Assembly (NCBI GenBank): GCA_963851265.1
Contig: CAWKNZ010000002.1
Location: 1,344,001-1,408,000 of the forward strand
DNA length: 64,000 nt
Reading direction: 5' to 3'
Source of the DNA: an uncultured Gemmatimonadales bacterium
GTDB taxonomy: Bacteria; Gemmatimonadota; Gemmatimonadetes; Gemmatimonadales; Gemmatimonadaceae
Both the position numbers and the translations under genes were made by a program. Below, one piece after another: positions 33,807-43,962 of the stretch. The notes under the pieces are model-generated. The model was given only the letters and a program-made list of their open reading frames with translations. It made no database searches and was not told the origin of the DNA. Within the stretch, counting starts at the first letter, position 1, and the number at the start of each line of letters is the position of its first letter.

Positions 33807-35695
33807 GCCGCGTCCTCTGCGTTCTGCGTTTCCGAAACCGCCGCCGCGCCGTTCGGCGCGGTCGACGCCGGGCGAGTCGGGTCGTTCGCGGCGAGCCCCG
33901 CGAGTACGCGCGACGCGCTCTCCTCCGTCCACCCGGGCAGCTCGGCCACCTGCGTCGGCGTCGCGGCGCGGAGCGCGGCCACGCTCCCGAAGTGCTGCAG
34001 CAACTGGCGCCGTTTCACCGGGCCGATGCCCGGGATCGTCATGAGCTCCGACGTCACCGTGCGCACGGCGCGGCGCTTCCGCTGGAACGTCACCGCGAAC
34101 CGGTGCGCCTCGTCGCGCGCCTGCTGGAGCATGCGCAGCGCGGGAGATCGGCGCGAGATCCGCACCGACTCGCTGCGTCCGACGACGAACACCTCCTCCT
34201 CGCGTTTGGCGAGGGAGATCATCGGCAGATCCGGAAGCCCGACCGCGTCGATCGCCTCCTTCGCCGCGTTGAGCTGACCCTTGCCGCCGTCGATCACGAC
34301 GAGATCGGGAAGCGGCCGCCGCTCCTCGACGCGCCGGCGGAAGTAGCGGCCGACGACTTCGTGCATCGACTTGAAGTCGTCGATCCCCTGCACCGTCTCG
34401 ACCTTGAACTTGCGGTACTCGCTGCGCTTGGCGCGCCCGTTCTCGAACCACACGCAGCTCGCGACGGTGTCGGTGCCCTGTGCGTGCGAGATGTCGAAGC
34501 ACACCAGCGAGCGCGGCACGCGTTTGAGCCCGAGTTCGCGCTGCAGTTCGTAGACCGGATCGGCGGCGCGTTCGCCCGCCTCCATGTTCGACAGCTTCAA
34601 CTCCTCCAACAGGTGTCGCGCGTTCTGCTCCGCGAGGTCGACCAGCTGGCGGCGCGAGCCCCGCTGCGGCACGAGCACCTTCGTGCGCTCGAGCGACTCC
34701 TCCAGGATCTCGCGGTCGGGGAAGTCGAACGGAACGAGCAACTCGCCGGCGCGCTCCTCACTCGCGCCGAGGTAGCTGCGCGCGAGGAACGCGGCGAGCG
34801 CGTCGGCGTCGTCGGCCCCGTCGACGTTCTCCAGGAACCGGTGATCGCGCGCGAGCAGCTTTCCGCTCCGAATGCGCAGGATGGCAACGCACGCGTCGTC
34901 GCCGTCGCGCGCGTAACCCACGACGTCGCGATCTCCCCCTTCCAGCTCGACGACGACCGTCGGCTCCTGCATGCGCTCCAGATGCTTGAGCGCGTCGCGC
35001 AACTCGCCGGCGCGCTCGAAGTCGAGACGTTCCGCCGCCTCCGCCATGCGGGCCGAGATGCGACGCACGACCTCGTCCGTCTTGCCGTCGAGAAAGACGA
35101 CGACCTCGTCGATCATCCCGCGGTAGTCGTCGACCGACTGGTTGCCGATGCACGGCGCCTTGCACCGGCCGATCGCGAAGTCGAGACACGCGCGCTCTGG
35201 CAGCTCGCGCGGCATGTCGTAGTTGCACGAACGCACCGTGAAGATCCGCTTGACGACCGCCAGCGCCCGCCGCATCTGCCCGACGTCCGTGTACGGCCCG
35301 AAGTAGCGCGCGCCATCGGCCTGCAGCCGTCTGGTCACGAACACGCGCGGGTACGGTTCGTTCAGCGTGACCTTGATGTACGGATAGTTCTTGTCGTCAC
35401 GCAGCGCGATGTTGTACCGCGGCTTGTACTCCTTGATCAGATTGGCCTCGAGGATGAGCGCGTGCGCCTCGGTCGGCACCACGATCGTCTCGAGGTCGTG
35501 CACGTGCCGCACGAGGCCGCGCGTTTTCGGGCTTTCGAGGTGCTCGCTCGCGAAGTAGCTCCGCACCCGCGAGCGCAGCCGCTTCGCCTTGCCCACGTAC
35601 AACACCTTCCCGTCGGCGTCCTTCCAGAGGTAGACGCCCGGCGATTCGGGGAGGTGGGGGAGCTTGGCGGCGACGGCGTCGGGTGTGGAAATCAT
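33803..35695 (-). CDS. uvrC: Excinuclease ABC subunit C
   Basis: PGVY...LYVGKAK-LR-RV-SYF (GIY-YIG), FGPY, UVR domain, CFDISH, DGGKGQL, RDEAHRFA, HhH motif GIGP. Confidence 0.98.
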   Translation of the reverse strand: MISTPDAVAAKLPHLPESPGVYLWKDADGKVLYVGKAKRLRSRVRSYFASEHLESPKTRGLVRHVHDLETIVVPTEAHALILEANLIKEYKPRYNIALRDDKNYPYIKVTLNEPYPRVFVTRRLQADGARYFGPYTDVGQMRRALAVVKRIFTVRSCNYDMPRELPERACLDFAIGRCKAPCIGNQSVDDYRGMIDEVVVFLDGKTDEVVRRISARMAEAAERLDFERAGELRDALKHLERMQEPTVVVELEGGDRDVVGYARDGDDACVAILRIRSGKLLARDHRFLENVDGADDADALAAFLARSYLGASEERAGELLVPFDFPDREILEESLERTKVLVPQRGSRRQLVDLAEQNARHLLEELKLSNMEAGERAADPVYELQRELGLKRVPRSLVCFDISHAQGTDTVASCVWFENGRAKRSEYRKFKVETVQGIDDFKSMHEVVGRYFRRRVEERRPLPDLVVIDGGKGQLNAAKEAIDAVGLPDLPMISLAKREEEVFVVGRSESVRISRRSPALRMLQQARDEAHRFAVTFQRKRRAVRTVTSELMTIPGIGPVKRRQLLQHFGSVAALRAATPTQVAELPGWTEESASRVLAGLAANDPTRPASTAPNGAAAVSETQNAEDAA

Positions 35696-35776
35696 CGGAG
35701 GCGTGGGGCGCGGTACGGCCCTGCGTACGGCAACTGTGATACCCCGCCGGTCCGTACGCGGTACGCGCGGGTGCGG

Positions 35777-37522
35777 TTAGGCCCGCGCGCCGGCCACGCG
35801 GCGTCTCAGACGCCGGACGATCGCGGCGCTCTCCCCCTCGCCGAGGGCTGCGGTCGCGCCGAGGTAGACAACCCCGTACGCCCCGCAGACCACGGCGGCG
35901 AGCGCGAGCGCGGGGAGTCGCGCGGCGATGAACTTGACGCCGAGCCCGACCGCGGCAGCCGCAAGCGCAGCGCCCCAGAGACGCGCGACGGCCGCGGCCG
36001 GGATGCCGGTCCGGCCGATCCGGCGGTTGAGCGCGCGCCGGAGCAGCACGAACTCGACCCACCCGGCCAGGCCGGCGGTCACGGTCAGCCCTGCGGTCCC
36101 CCAGCGCGGGTTGATCCCGAGCGCGCGCGGCAGCGGGACGGCCGCGACGTACCCCAGCGCGAGGGTGAGCCCGACGCGCACGAGCGCGAACCGGAGCGGC
36201 GTCCGCGTTTCCTTGAGCGCATAGAACGTCGACGAGTACAGCCGACCGAGCGTCGAGGCGAGCAGCCCGACCGCACTCCCGGCGAGCGTACCCCAAACCC
36301 AGATGACGTCGCCCCGCGTGAAACGGCCGTAGTGGAACGCCGCACCGGCAATCACGTCTCCGAGTGCGACGAACGCGACCGCCGACGGGACGACGAAGAA
36401 CGCGATCCGGCGGAGTCCCGACGAGAGCCGCTCGCGCAACATCGCCGCGACCTCCTCCGCACGCCCCTGCAAGCTCGACATCGCCGGCAACTCGGCCGCC
36501 GAGATGCTCATCCCGAACAGACTGCCCGGCAGAAGGTACAGGGACTGCGCATTCGCGAACACCGTGAGCGCCCCCGGCGCGATCAGGCTGGCGAGCGTAC
36601 TGTCGATGAACGCGCTGAGCTGCACGACGCCGCGGCCGACGAACACGGGGCCGAAGTTGCGGACGACGGTTCGCACGTCGTCGCGCACCCGCGCGCGCAG
36701 CTCGGGCGACAGCCCGACGCGTGAGCGGAGCCCCGGAGCGACGCGCAGCACCGTCGGCACTTGGACGAGGAACTGCACCGCACTCCCGACCACGACGCCC
36801 CACGCCAACGTGGTCGCAAGCCGGTCGTCGGCGAGGTGCCGCCCGCCCCAATGCACGAGCGTCGCGATCAGGACGACGTTCATTCCGACCGGCGCGAGGT
36901 AGGAGAGCAGGAACCGTCGGTGGCTATTCAGGATTCCGAGGCACCACGCGCTCATCACGAGCAGCCCGATCCCGGGAAACGTGATCCGCACGAGCTGCAC
37001 GGCGAGCTCACGCGTCGAGCCCCGAAAACCCGTCGCGACGAGCGTGACCAGCAGCGGCGTCGCGAGCATCCCGAGCGCGACGAGCACGGCGATCGTAAGC
37101 GCGAGCAGCGCGCCGACTGCGGCCGCGACGCGATCGGCCTCGTCGCGCTCGCCGCCGCCGAGCAGGCGCGCGTAGACCGGGATGAACGAGGCCGAGAGCA
37201 CGCCCTCGCCGAAGAGGTTCTGGAGGTAGTTCGGGATCTTCAGCGCCGCGTTGAACGCGTCGGCCGCGGCCCCGGCGCCGAGGTAGTGGCTGAACACCGC
37301 CGTGCGGACGAGCCCGAGGATGCGCGAGCACAGAATCCCGATCGCGATGAACGCTGCGAACCGCCCGGTGCGTTCGGGCGCGCGTGCCGCCGCGGTCGGC
37401 GGCGTTGGGTCGATCGCGCCAGGCGCGTCGGTCTGGGTGCCGTCACTCGTCGCCGCGGTGTCCGGTCCCGGCGTGGGGAGCACCGCCGACGGCGATCGCG
37501 GCGCTACCGGCGGGACGCGCAC
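35777..37522 (-). CDS. murJ: Lipid II flippase MurJ (MviN)
   Basis: SRILGLVR, ADAFNAALKIPN, EGVLSASFIPVY, FYALK-TRTP, many TM helices. Confidence 0.94.
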   Translation of the reverse strand: MRVPPVAPRSPSAVLPTPGPDTAATSDGTQTDAPGAIDPTPPTAAARAPERTGRFAAFIAIGILCSRILGLVRTAVFSHYLGAGAAADAFNAALKIPNYLQNLFGEGVLSASFIPVYARLLGGGERDEADRVAAAVGALLALTIAVLVALGMLATPLLVTLVATGFRGSTRELAVQLVRITFPGIGLLVMSAWCLGILNSHRRFLLSYLAPVGMNVVLIATLVHWGGRHLADDRLATTLAWGVVVGSAVQFLVQVPTVLRVAPGLRSRVGLSPELRARVRDDVRTVVRNFGPVFVGRGVVQLSAFIDSTLASLIAPGALTVFANAQSLYLLPGSLFGMSISAAELPAMSSLQGRAEEVAAMLRERLSSGLRRIAFFVVPSAVAFVALGDVIAGAAFHYGRFTRGDVIWVWGTLAGSAVGLLASTLGRLYSSTFYALKETRTPLRFALVRVGLTLALGYVAAVPLPRALGINPRWGTAGLTVTAGLAGWVEFVLLRRALNRRIGRTGIPAAAVARLWGAALAAAAVGLGVKFIAARLPALALAAVVCGAYGVVYLGATAALGEGESAAIVRRLRRRVAGARA

Positions 37523-37531
37523 GCGCAGGAC

Positions 37532-39157
37532 TCAGTCGGGACGCGCGGCCGCGAGTGGCCTCCCGGCCACGACGGCGTCGGCGTGCGCCCGGGCGCGCGC
37601 CAGCATGCGGTCGGTCAGTGCCGGCCCGTAGCGCGCGAGTAGCGGGAGGAAGCTGAGGACCCGCTCCTGCCGCGACCCGTTCGGCATGAGCGCGGCCTGC
37701 GCCGTCGCGAGCGTCCGCATCGCCGCGGCCTCACGCCGCTTGACGGCGGCGAGGGCGCGCCGCTCGAGGCGCGACACGCGCCCGCGCAACTGCAGTCGTG
37801 CGCCCTCGCGGGCGCGCTCGGTCAGGAGCGGGTCGCCCCCGCCCGTGACCGCGCCCAGCGCGGCGATCCGCGCGTCGATCGCGGCACCGAACGCCTCGAA
37901 CTCGCGCTCGAGCGCCGCCGGCGCGAGCCGCCGCGCCAGCGAGGTCTCGACGGCGCGCGGGTCGCGGAGCGCGTCGGCGTCGATGCCTAACGATGCGAGC
38001 GCGCGCGCCGCGCGCGGCTCGACGACCGTCCCCGACCACCGCGGGACCGCGAGCGGCGCAGGCACCGCGAGCGCCTCCGCGACCGCACTCACCTGCGCGA
38101 AGTACGCGTACTCGCCCGGCCCGGCGACGTAGGCGACGGTCGGCAGGATGCCGCGCTCGACGACCGGCCGGAGCAGCACGTTCGGCGCGAGCTCGCCGGG
38201 CGCGACGAGCGGGACCAGCGTGCGCGCCTCGTCCGTCCGAAGCCGCCGCTTGCGCCCGTCGTACTCCTCGCGAAAGACGAGGGAGAGCCCCGCGACCTCG
38301 CGCACCTGCGGCGTGAACCCGGCCGCGCCGATCACTGCGGACCGGGCGGCGAGCGCGTCCGCGATCGCCGCGCTCTTCAGCAACGCCCGCCGCATCAGCT
38401 GGAAGCCGGCAGCACGAGTCGCGGGGTGCGATGCGTCGAGCACCGCGATCCCGAGCGGTCCGAGCAACTCGCGGAGGAGTCGGACGTAGGCGTCGCCCGC
38501 GGTCCGCCCCGCGGCGTACGCGCGCTCGACGGCTTCGAGCGCGGGCGCGTGCGCCGCCGCGCCGCACGCGGCCGTGAGGCGCGCGCGCAGTGCGTCGACC
38601 TCGTCGCCCAACACGGCCCGCGACACCGGCGTCCCTTCAGGTGGCGCCTGCGTCAGCGCGAGCTCCTCGACCGCTCCGTCCCCCACGACGTACGCGCGGC
38701 GGCCTTCTTCCCAGTCCGTGTCGTCGGTCGCCGCCCAGAACACCGGCGCCACCGGCATCCCGGTCGCACGCTCAAGGCGCTCGGCCAGCGCGCGCGCGCT
38801 GAGCGCCTTTGCGAGCGTGTACAGCGGGCCACCGAACAGGCCGGGTTGCTGCCCCGTGGTGACGACTACTCCGGCCCCGCCGCCGACGCGCTCGAGCGCG
38901 CTCGCGGCGGGGCCCTCAGCCGCGAACGCCGGCGCGAGCAGGTCAAGCCACGCACCGGCGCGATACTGCTCGCGTACGACCTCCGCGCGCGCGGCCCACG
39001 CCGTCGGCCCGTCGGGCACGTCCACGTACCAGCTCGCGGCGGCCGCGGTGCCGGCGAGCGCGGCGCGCACGAGCGCGCCGCCGCCGAACGTTTCGGTCCG
39101 TACGTCGAGCGCGGGCGGTCGCGCGTCCAACGGGTCCAGCGCGTCGGACGCGCTCAC
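37532..39157 (-). CDS. bshC: Bacillithiol biosynthesis cysteine-adding enzyme BshC-like
   Basis: VTTGQQPGLFGGPLYT--KA, PVFW-A-DD-D--E, PNVLLRPVV---ILPTVAYVAGPGE-AYFAQ, QER. Confidence 0.85.
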   Translation of the reverse strand: MSASDALDPLDARPPALDVRTETFGGGALVRAALAGTAAAASWYVDVPDGPTAWAARAEVVREQYRAGAWLDLLAPAFAAEGPAASALERVGGGAGVVVTTGQQPGLFGGPLYTLAKALSARALAERLERATGMPVAPVFWAATDDTDWEEGRRAYVVGDGAVEELALTQAPPEGTPVSRAVLGDEVDALRARLTAACGAAAHAPALEAVERAYAAGRTAGDAYVRLLRELLGPLGIAVLDASHPATRAAGFQLMRRALLKSAAIADALAARSAVIGAAGFTPQVREVAGLSLVFREEYDGRKRRLRTDEARTLVPLVAPGELAPNVLLRPVVERGILPTVAYVAGPGEYAYFAQVSAVAEALAVPAPLAVPRWSGTVVEPRAARALASLGIDADALRDPRAVETSLARRLAPAALEREFEAFGAAIDARIAALGAVTGGGDPLLTERAREGARLQLRGRVSRLERRALAAVKRREAAAMRTLATAQAALMPNGSRQERVLSFLPLLARYGPALTDRMLARARAHADAVVAGRPLAAARPD

Positions 39158-39181
39158 GGCTTACCGCTCACTCTGATCGGG

Positions 39182-39643
39182 TCACTTGTGGTACGGCTCC
39201 CCGCGCGCGAGCGTACCGGCGCGGTAGAGCTGCTCGACGAGCACGACTCGGGCGAGGTCATGCGGCAGCGTCCACGGCGCAAGGGCAAGCCGCACGCCCG
39301 CGCGCGCCCTCAACGCGCCGTCGAGGCCGAGCGCGCCCCCGATCACGAACGCGACGTCGCGCGCGGCGTCGCGTTGGGCCGCGAGCCACGTCGCGAATCG
39401 CGTGGACGTCCACATGTCACCGCGCTCGTCGCAGGCGACGAGTGTCGCGCCCGCCGGAACGCGCGCGCCGAGCCGCTCACCCTCGCGGGCGACGACCTGT
39501 TCCGGCGGCAGCGAGCGCGCCGACTCCTCGCGCACCTCGACGGTCCGAAGCGGCCAGTAATGCGCGGCGCGCCGTTCGTACTCCGCGGCCACGTCGGCGA
39601 GCGCCCCCCGCGCGCGCCCGACCGCGATCACGACCACCGCCAT
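39182..39643 (-). CDS. rlmH: 23S rRNA (pseudouridine1915-N3)-methyltransferase
   Basis: IAVGR, DERG, FVIGGA-G, TLPH-LARVVLVEQLYRA, PYHK. Confidence 0.95.
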   Translation of the reverse strand: MAVVVIAVGRARGALADVAAEYERRAAHYWPLRTVEVREESARSLPPEQVVAREGERLGARVPAGATLVACDERGDMWTSTRFATWLAAQRDAARDVAFVIGGALGLDGALRARAGVRLALAPWTLPHDLARVVLVEQLYRAGTLARGEPYHK

Positions 39644-39670
39644 GCGACCGCGGCGAGTCCCGGTCGCGCG

Positions 39671-40978
39671 TCAGGCGTAGATGCCACGCAACCGGTGCAC
39701 GGCGGCCACGCGGGTGATCGAGAGCATGTACGCCGCCGTGCGCATGTTGACCCGGTGCTGCCGGGAGAGCGCGAGCACGTCGTGGAAGCTCCGGGTCATG
39801 ATGTCGCGCAGCCGCTCGTTCACCGTGTCTTCCGACCAGAAATACCCGCCGCGGTCCTGCACCCATTCGAAGTAGCTCACCGTCACGCCGCCCGCGTTCG
39901 CGAGGATGTCGGGGATGACGAAGATGCCGTTCGCGTCGAGGATCGCGTCGGCCGCCGCGGTGGTTGGGCCGTTCGCGCCTTCGCAGATGACCTTCGCGCG
40001 GATGCGACCCGCGTTCTTGCTCGTGATCACGTTCTCGAGCGCGGCGGGGAGCAGGACGTCGACTTCGAGCTCGAGCAGCTCTTCGTTGGTCACGTGGTCG
40101 CCGCCCGCGAACCCGTCGAGCGTCTTGTGCGTCCGAACCCACTCGATCGCCGCGTCCACGTCGATCCCCGCGGCGTTGTGCACGCCGCCGGTCCGGTCCG
40201 AAATCGCGATGACCCGCGCGCCTTCGCGCGCAAGCAGCTGCGCCGCGACGGACCCGACGTTACCAAAGCCCTGCACCGCGACGGTCGCGCCGACGACCGG
40301 CATGCCGAGCTGCTCGAGGGCCTGTCGCGTCACGATCGTGCAGCCACGCCCCGTGGCTTCACGGCGCCCGAGGGAGCCGCCCATCTCCACGGGCTTGCCG
40401 GTCACGACGGAGGTCACCGTGTGCCGCGCGTGCATCGAGTACGTGTCCATGATCCACGCCATCACGCGCTCGTTCGTGTTCACGTCCGGCGCGGGCACGT
40501 CCGAATCGGGCCCCAGCACCGAGATGATCCCCGCGGTATAACGGCGCGTGAGGCGCTCGAGCTCGCCGACGCTCATCTGCAGCGGGTCGCAGACCACGCC
40601 GCCCTTTGCGCCGCCGAACGGCAGGTTCACGACCGCGCACTTCCACGTCATCCAGGCCGCGAGCGCCGTGACCTCGTCGAGGTTCACGTTCAGGTCGAAG
40701 CGGATGCCGCCCTTCGCCGGGCCTCGCGAGGTGTTGTAGAGCACGCGGTGGCCGGTGAACACGCGCACCTCCCCCGTATCCATCATCACCGGCACGCTCA
40801 CGGTGATCTGCTTCTCCGGATGCCGGAGGACCTGGTAGATCCCCGGATCGAGGTCCAGCAGCTGCGCCGCGCGGTCGAAGCGCGACATCATCGCCTCGAA
40901 CGGGTTTTCCTCGTTGAGGAAACGGTCTTTGTCCGGCGAGACGATCGGTGCGTTGAGAAGGAGCTCGGTAGCGGCCAT
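39671..40978 (-). CDS. Glu/Leu/Phe/Val dehydrogenase (probable glutamate dehydrogenase)
   Basis: [64 protein letters not shown]. Confidence 0.95.
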   Translation of the reverse strand: MAATELLLNAPIVSPDKDRFLNEENPFEAMMSRFDRAAQLLDLDPGIYQVLRHPEKQITVSVPVMMDTGEVRVFTGHRVLYNTSRGPAKGGIRFDLNVNLDEVTALAAWMTWKCAVVNLPFGGAKGGVVCDPLQMSVGELERLTRRYTAGIISVLGPDSDVPAPDVNTNERVMAWIMDTYSMHARHTVTSVVTGKPVEMGGSLGRREATGRGCTIVTRQALEQLGMPVVGATVAVQGFGNVGSVAAQLLAREGARVIAISDRTGGVHNAAGIDVDAAIEWVRTHKTLDGFAGGDHVTNEELLELEVDVLLPAALENVITSKNAGRIRAKVICEGANGPTTAAADAILDANGIFVIPDILANAGGVTVSYFEWVQDRGGYFWSEDTVNERLRDIMTRSFHDVLALSRQHRVNMRTAAYMLSITRVAAVHRLRGIYA

Positions 40979-40984
40979 AGTGTG

Positions 40985-42094
40985 TTACGCATGACGGCCG
41001 CGAACGGCCGATTCGGGAACGGTCCCATGCGGCGCGCGCGCGGCCGCGGCGTCTGCCGCGTGCGCCATCGCGTCGAGCACGTCGACCAGCGCCGGGGCGC
41101 CCGTTTCGAGGGTCACGCGCTGCGTAACATACCACAGCGCACACCCGCCGCGGGACAGGAGCGGACCCAACTTTACGGCGTCCTTGAGCGTCGTGACTAT
41201 GCGGTCGACGCCCCGCGCCCGCACCCGCAACGCGGCGACGTCGCTCGCGCCGTACGCGTGATGGTCCGCGAAGCGTGCGAGGTCGACCGACGCGCCGACG
41301 GCTCGGAGCTGAGCGGCGAACGCGTCCGGCGACCCGATCCCGGCGACGGCGAGCACGCGTGCACCCGCGAGGACATCCGTGTGCTCGGCCGCGCCCCGCC
41401 CCGCCCCGTCGGCGTCCCAGCGCACGAGCGACGCTGGCTCGAGGTGCACGATTCCGACGCCGGCATGCCCCGACGGCATCACGGCGGCCAATCGCGCCGC
41501 GACCGCGCGTGCCTGCGCAGCCGTCGCCGACTTTCGCGTGACGAGCACGACGGTCGCTCGCCCGAGCGCGGACAGGCGCTCGCGGAACGGACCCGCCGGC
41601 AACAATCGCGCGCGTCCGTCGAACGTTTCGGCCGCGACGAGTACGACGTCGGCGTCGCGACGCGCCCGCCTGTGCTGGAACGCGTCGTCGAGGACCAGCG
41701 CGGTAGCACCGCGCCGCACCGCCTCCGCCGCGCCACGCACCCGGTCCGGATCGGCGACGACGGGGACACCCGGGTTGAGCAGCGCGTGTACCAGCGCCTC
41801 GTCGCCGCCGACGCCTCGGAGCAGCACCGCCGGCCGCGCCCCGCGGCGCGCGAGTTCCGCGGCGACCCAGGCCGCAACCGGCGTCTTCCCGGTACCCCCG
41901 ACCGTGAGGTTCCCGACGCTGATCGCCGGAAGGGGGAGCGCATGGACGCCGAGCAGACCGGCGTCGTACAGACGGCCGCGCGCCGTGACGACAGCGCCGA
42001 ACAGCGCCGCGAGAGGTGCGAGCGCCGCGCGCGCCGCCCGCGCGCCCCCGCCGGTCCCGTACCATACCGACTCCGCCCACGCCTCTCGCGACAC
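40985..42094 (-). CDS. lpxK: Tetraacyldisaccharide 4'-kinase
   Basis: ISVGNLTVGGTGKTP, GDEA, LDDAFQH, LLPAGPFRE, AGIG-P--F, FADHH-Y, TT-KDAVKL. Start estimated at GTG 42094. Confidence 0.93.
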   Translation of the reverse strand: MSREAWAESVWYGTGGGARAARAALAPLAALFGAVVTARGRLYDAGLLGVHALPLPAISVGNLTVGGTGKTPVAAWVAAELARRGARPAVLLRGVGGDEALVHALLNPGVPVVADPDRVRGAAEAVRRGATALVLDDAFQHRRARRDADVVLVAAETFDGRARLLPAGPFRERLSALGRATVVLVTRKSATAAQARAVAARLAAVMPSGHAGVGIVHLEPASLVRWDADGAGRGAAEHTDVLAGARVLAVAGIGSPDAFAAQLRAVGASVDLARFADHHAYGASDVAALRVRARGVDRIVTTLKDAVKLGPLLSRGGCALWYVTQRVTLETGAPALVDVLDAMAHAADAAAARAPHGTVPESAVRGRHA

Positions 42095-42108
42095 GCGACC
42101 CCGCGCCT

Positions 42109-42792
42109 CTACTCGCCGGCGCGCGCGCGCTCCGCCAAGCGGCCCATCTCGGCGGCGAACACGTCGGCCGCCGCCGCGGCCTCGGCCGGCGATCGTCCGG
42201 GAACCACGAACGGCGCGGAGTAGGCGACCGTGATGCGCGTGAACGGTTTCGGGATCTCGAACCGATCCCAACTGTCGAGCCGCCACGCCCGCGCGACGTG
42301 CGCGACCATGCCGACCACGGGAACGCCGGCACGCTGCGCCGCAACGAGCGCGCCCGGCGCAAACGAGTGACGCGGCCCGCGCGGTCCGTCCGGCGTGACG
42401 GCCACGTCGGTTCCTTGCTTAAGCGCGCCGGCGAGCGCGAGTAAGGCGCGGGCACCGCCGCGGCTCGTCGAGCCGCGCACGGTCGCACACCCGAACGTCT
42501 CCGCGATGCGCGCGATGATCTCGCCGTCTCGGTGTTCGCTGATGAGAATCGCGATCCCGAGGTCGCGGTGGTGCGAGAGCATGGTGAGCATCTGACCGTG
42601 CCAGAGCGCGACGACGGTGCCCTGCCCCGCCGCGCGGCGGGCGTTCCACCCGTCGCGGCCGACCTCTCGCACGCGCCACGTGCGCGCGAGCGCCCGCAGC
42701 AGGCGCGAGCCGCCCGCAATTGCCGCGCGTACGCGCCACGGCAGCGGTGCGTCGCCTTCCGCCGTCGCTGCGGCCCCGCCCGCATCGCTCAC
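42109..42792 (-). CDS. DUF374-type acyltransferase (LpxJ-like late lipid A acyltransferase)
   Basis: LWHG, LISEHRDGEIIA, VRGSTSRGG, TPDGPRGP, WDRFEIPKPF; lies between lpxB and lpxK. Start estimated. Confidence 0.8.
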   Translation of the reverse strand: MSDAGGAAATAEGDAPLPWRVRAAIAGGSRLLRALARTWRVREVGRDGWNARRAAGQGTVVALWHGQMLTMLSHHRDLGIAILISEHRDGEIIARIAETFGCATVRGSTSRGGARALLALAGALKQGTDVAVTPDGPRGPRHSFAPGALVAAQRAGVPVVGMVAHVARAWRLDSWDRFEIPKPFTRITVAYSAPFVVPGRSPAEAAAAADVFAAEMGRLAERARAGE

Positions 42793-42796
42793 GGCG

Positions 42797-43954
42797 TCAC
42801 GCAGCACCGAACGGACCCAGCATCCCGTCCGCGATCGCCGCGACCCGCTCCGCCGCGCCGGCCGTGCCCAACGCATCGCGCACGCCGGCGAGCGCGGCGA
42901 TCATGCGCCGCCGCTCGTCGCCGTCGGCCAGCAACGGGCGCAGCGCGGCGGCCATCCCGGCCGGCTGGACGGCATCCTGCACGAACTCGCGCGCGACCTC
43001 ACGGCCTGCGACCACGTTCACGAGCCCGATCCGCGGGATCTCGACCACGCGGCGTGCGACCTCGTACGTCCACCGGCTCGTGCGGTACGCGACGATGAGT
43101 GGGCACCCGGCGACCGCCGCCTCGAGCGTCGTCGTGCCACTCTTGCACAGCGCCGCCGTCGCGGCGCGCAGCAGCCGGAGCGACCCGCCCTGCACGAGCG
43201 GGAACGGACAGCGCGCCGGATCGATCGCGACGGTGGCCGCCACGCTCACGGCGACGTGCAGACCGGGCACCTCGGCCTGCAGCTGACGCGCGGTCGCGAC
43301 GAACGCGTCGAGATGCCGTTCCACCTCCTGCACCCGACTGCCCGGGAACAGCGCGAGCAGCGGACCCGCAGTCGGTAGTCCGAGCTCGAGTCGCGCGACC
43401 GCCGGGTCCGCGGGCAGGTGCGCCGCACGGTCGAGCATCGGGTGCCCTACGAACACCGTGTCGATCCCGTGGGCGCGCAGCAGGGCTTCCTCGAATGGCA
43501 GGATCACGGCGGCGCGCGTGATCACGCGCGCCATGCCGGCGAGGCGATGCTTGCGCCACGCCCACACCTGCGGCGTGATGAAGTAGAGCACGGGCACGCC
43601 GGCCCGCCGCGCCTCGGCGGCGACCCGCAGATTGAAGCCCGGGTAGTCGACGAGCACGAGGAGCCGCACGCGCCCGCCACGCAGCCGCGCGCGCAGACGC
43701 CGCAGCAGCGCGTAATGCGCGGGAACGTGACGCAGCACCTCGACGAACCCCATCACCGCCATCCGGCTGACGTCCTCGATCAGGTCGACCCCGGCGTCGC
43801 GCATCGCCTGGCCGCCGACGCCGACCACGCGCACGTCGCGCCGCGCGGCCGCGAGCGCGCCGGCCACGCCGGCTGCGTGCAGGTCGCCCGAGGCCTCACC
43901 CGCGACGAACAACACCTCCGGACGGCCGTCGGCCGGACGCCTGCGGTCAGGCAC
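42797..43954 (-). CDS. lpxB: Lipid-A-disaccharide synthase
   Basis: AGEASGD, VMGFVEV, VDYPGFN, PQVWAWR, ILPFE, FVGHP, PGSR, SGTTTLE. Confidence 0.96.
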   Translation of the reverse strand: MPDRRRPADGRPEVLFVAGEASGDLHAAGVAGALAAARRDVRVVGVGGQAMRDAGVDLIEDVSRMAVMGFVEVLRHVPAHYALLRRLRARLRGGRVRLLVLVDYPGFNLRVAAEARRAGVPVLYFITPQVWAWRKHRLAGMARVITRAAVILPFEEALLRAHGIDTVFVGHPMLDRAAHLPADPAVARLELGLPTAGPLLALFPGSRVQEVERHLDAFVATARQLQAEVPGLHVAVSVAATVAIDPARCPFPLVQGGSLRLLRAATAALCKSGTTTLEAAVAGCPLIVAYRTSRWTYEVARRVVEIPRIGLVNVVAGREVAREFVQDAVQPAGMAAALRPLLADGDERRRMIAALAGVRDALGTAGAAERVAAIADGMLGPFGAA

Positions 43955-43962
43955 CGGCGGCG

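Noticed and set aside
38426..42223. 1265-aa + strand ORF and other long antisense ORFs (33992..36724, 49634..51766, 51261..53342, 12273..14495)
   Set aside because: Shadow ORFs opposite well-supported genes. They are R/A/G-rich with no motifs, as expected when stop codons are scarce in GC-rich DNA.
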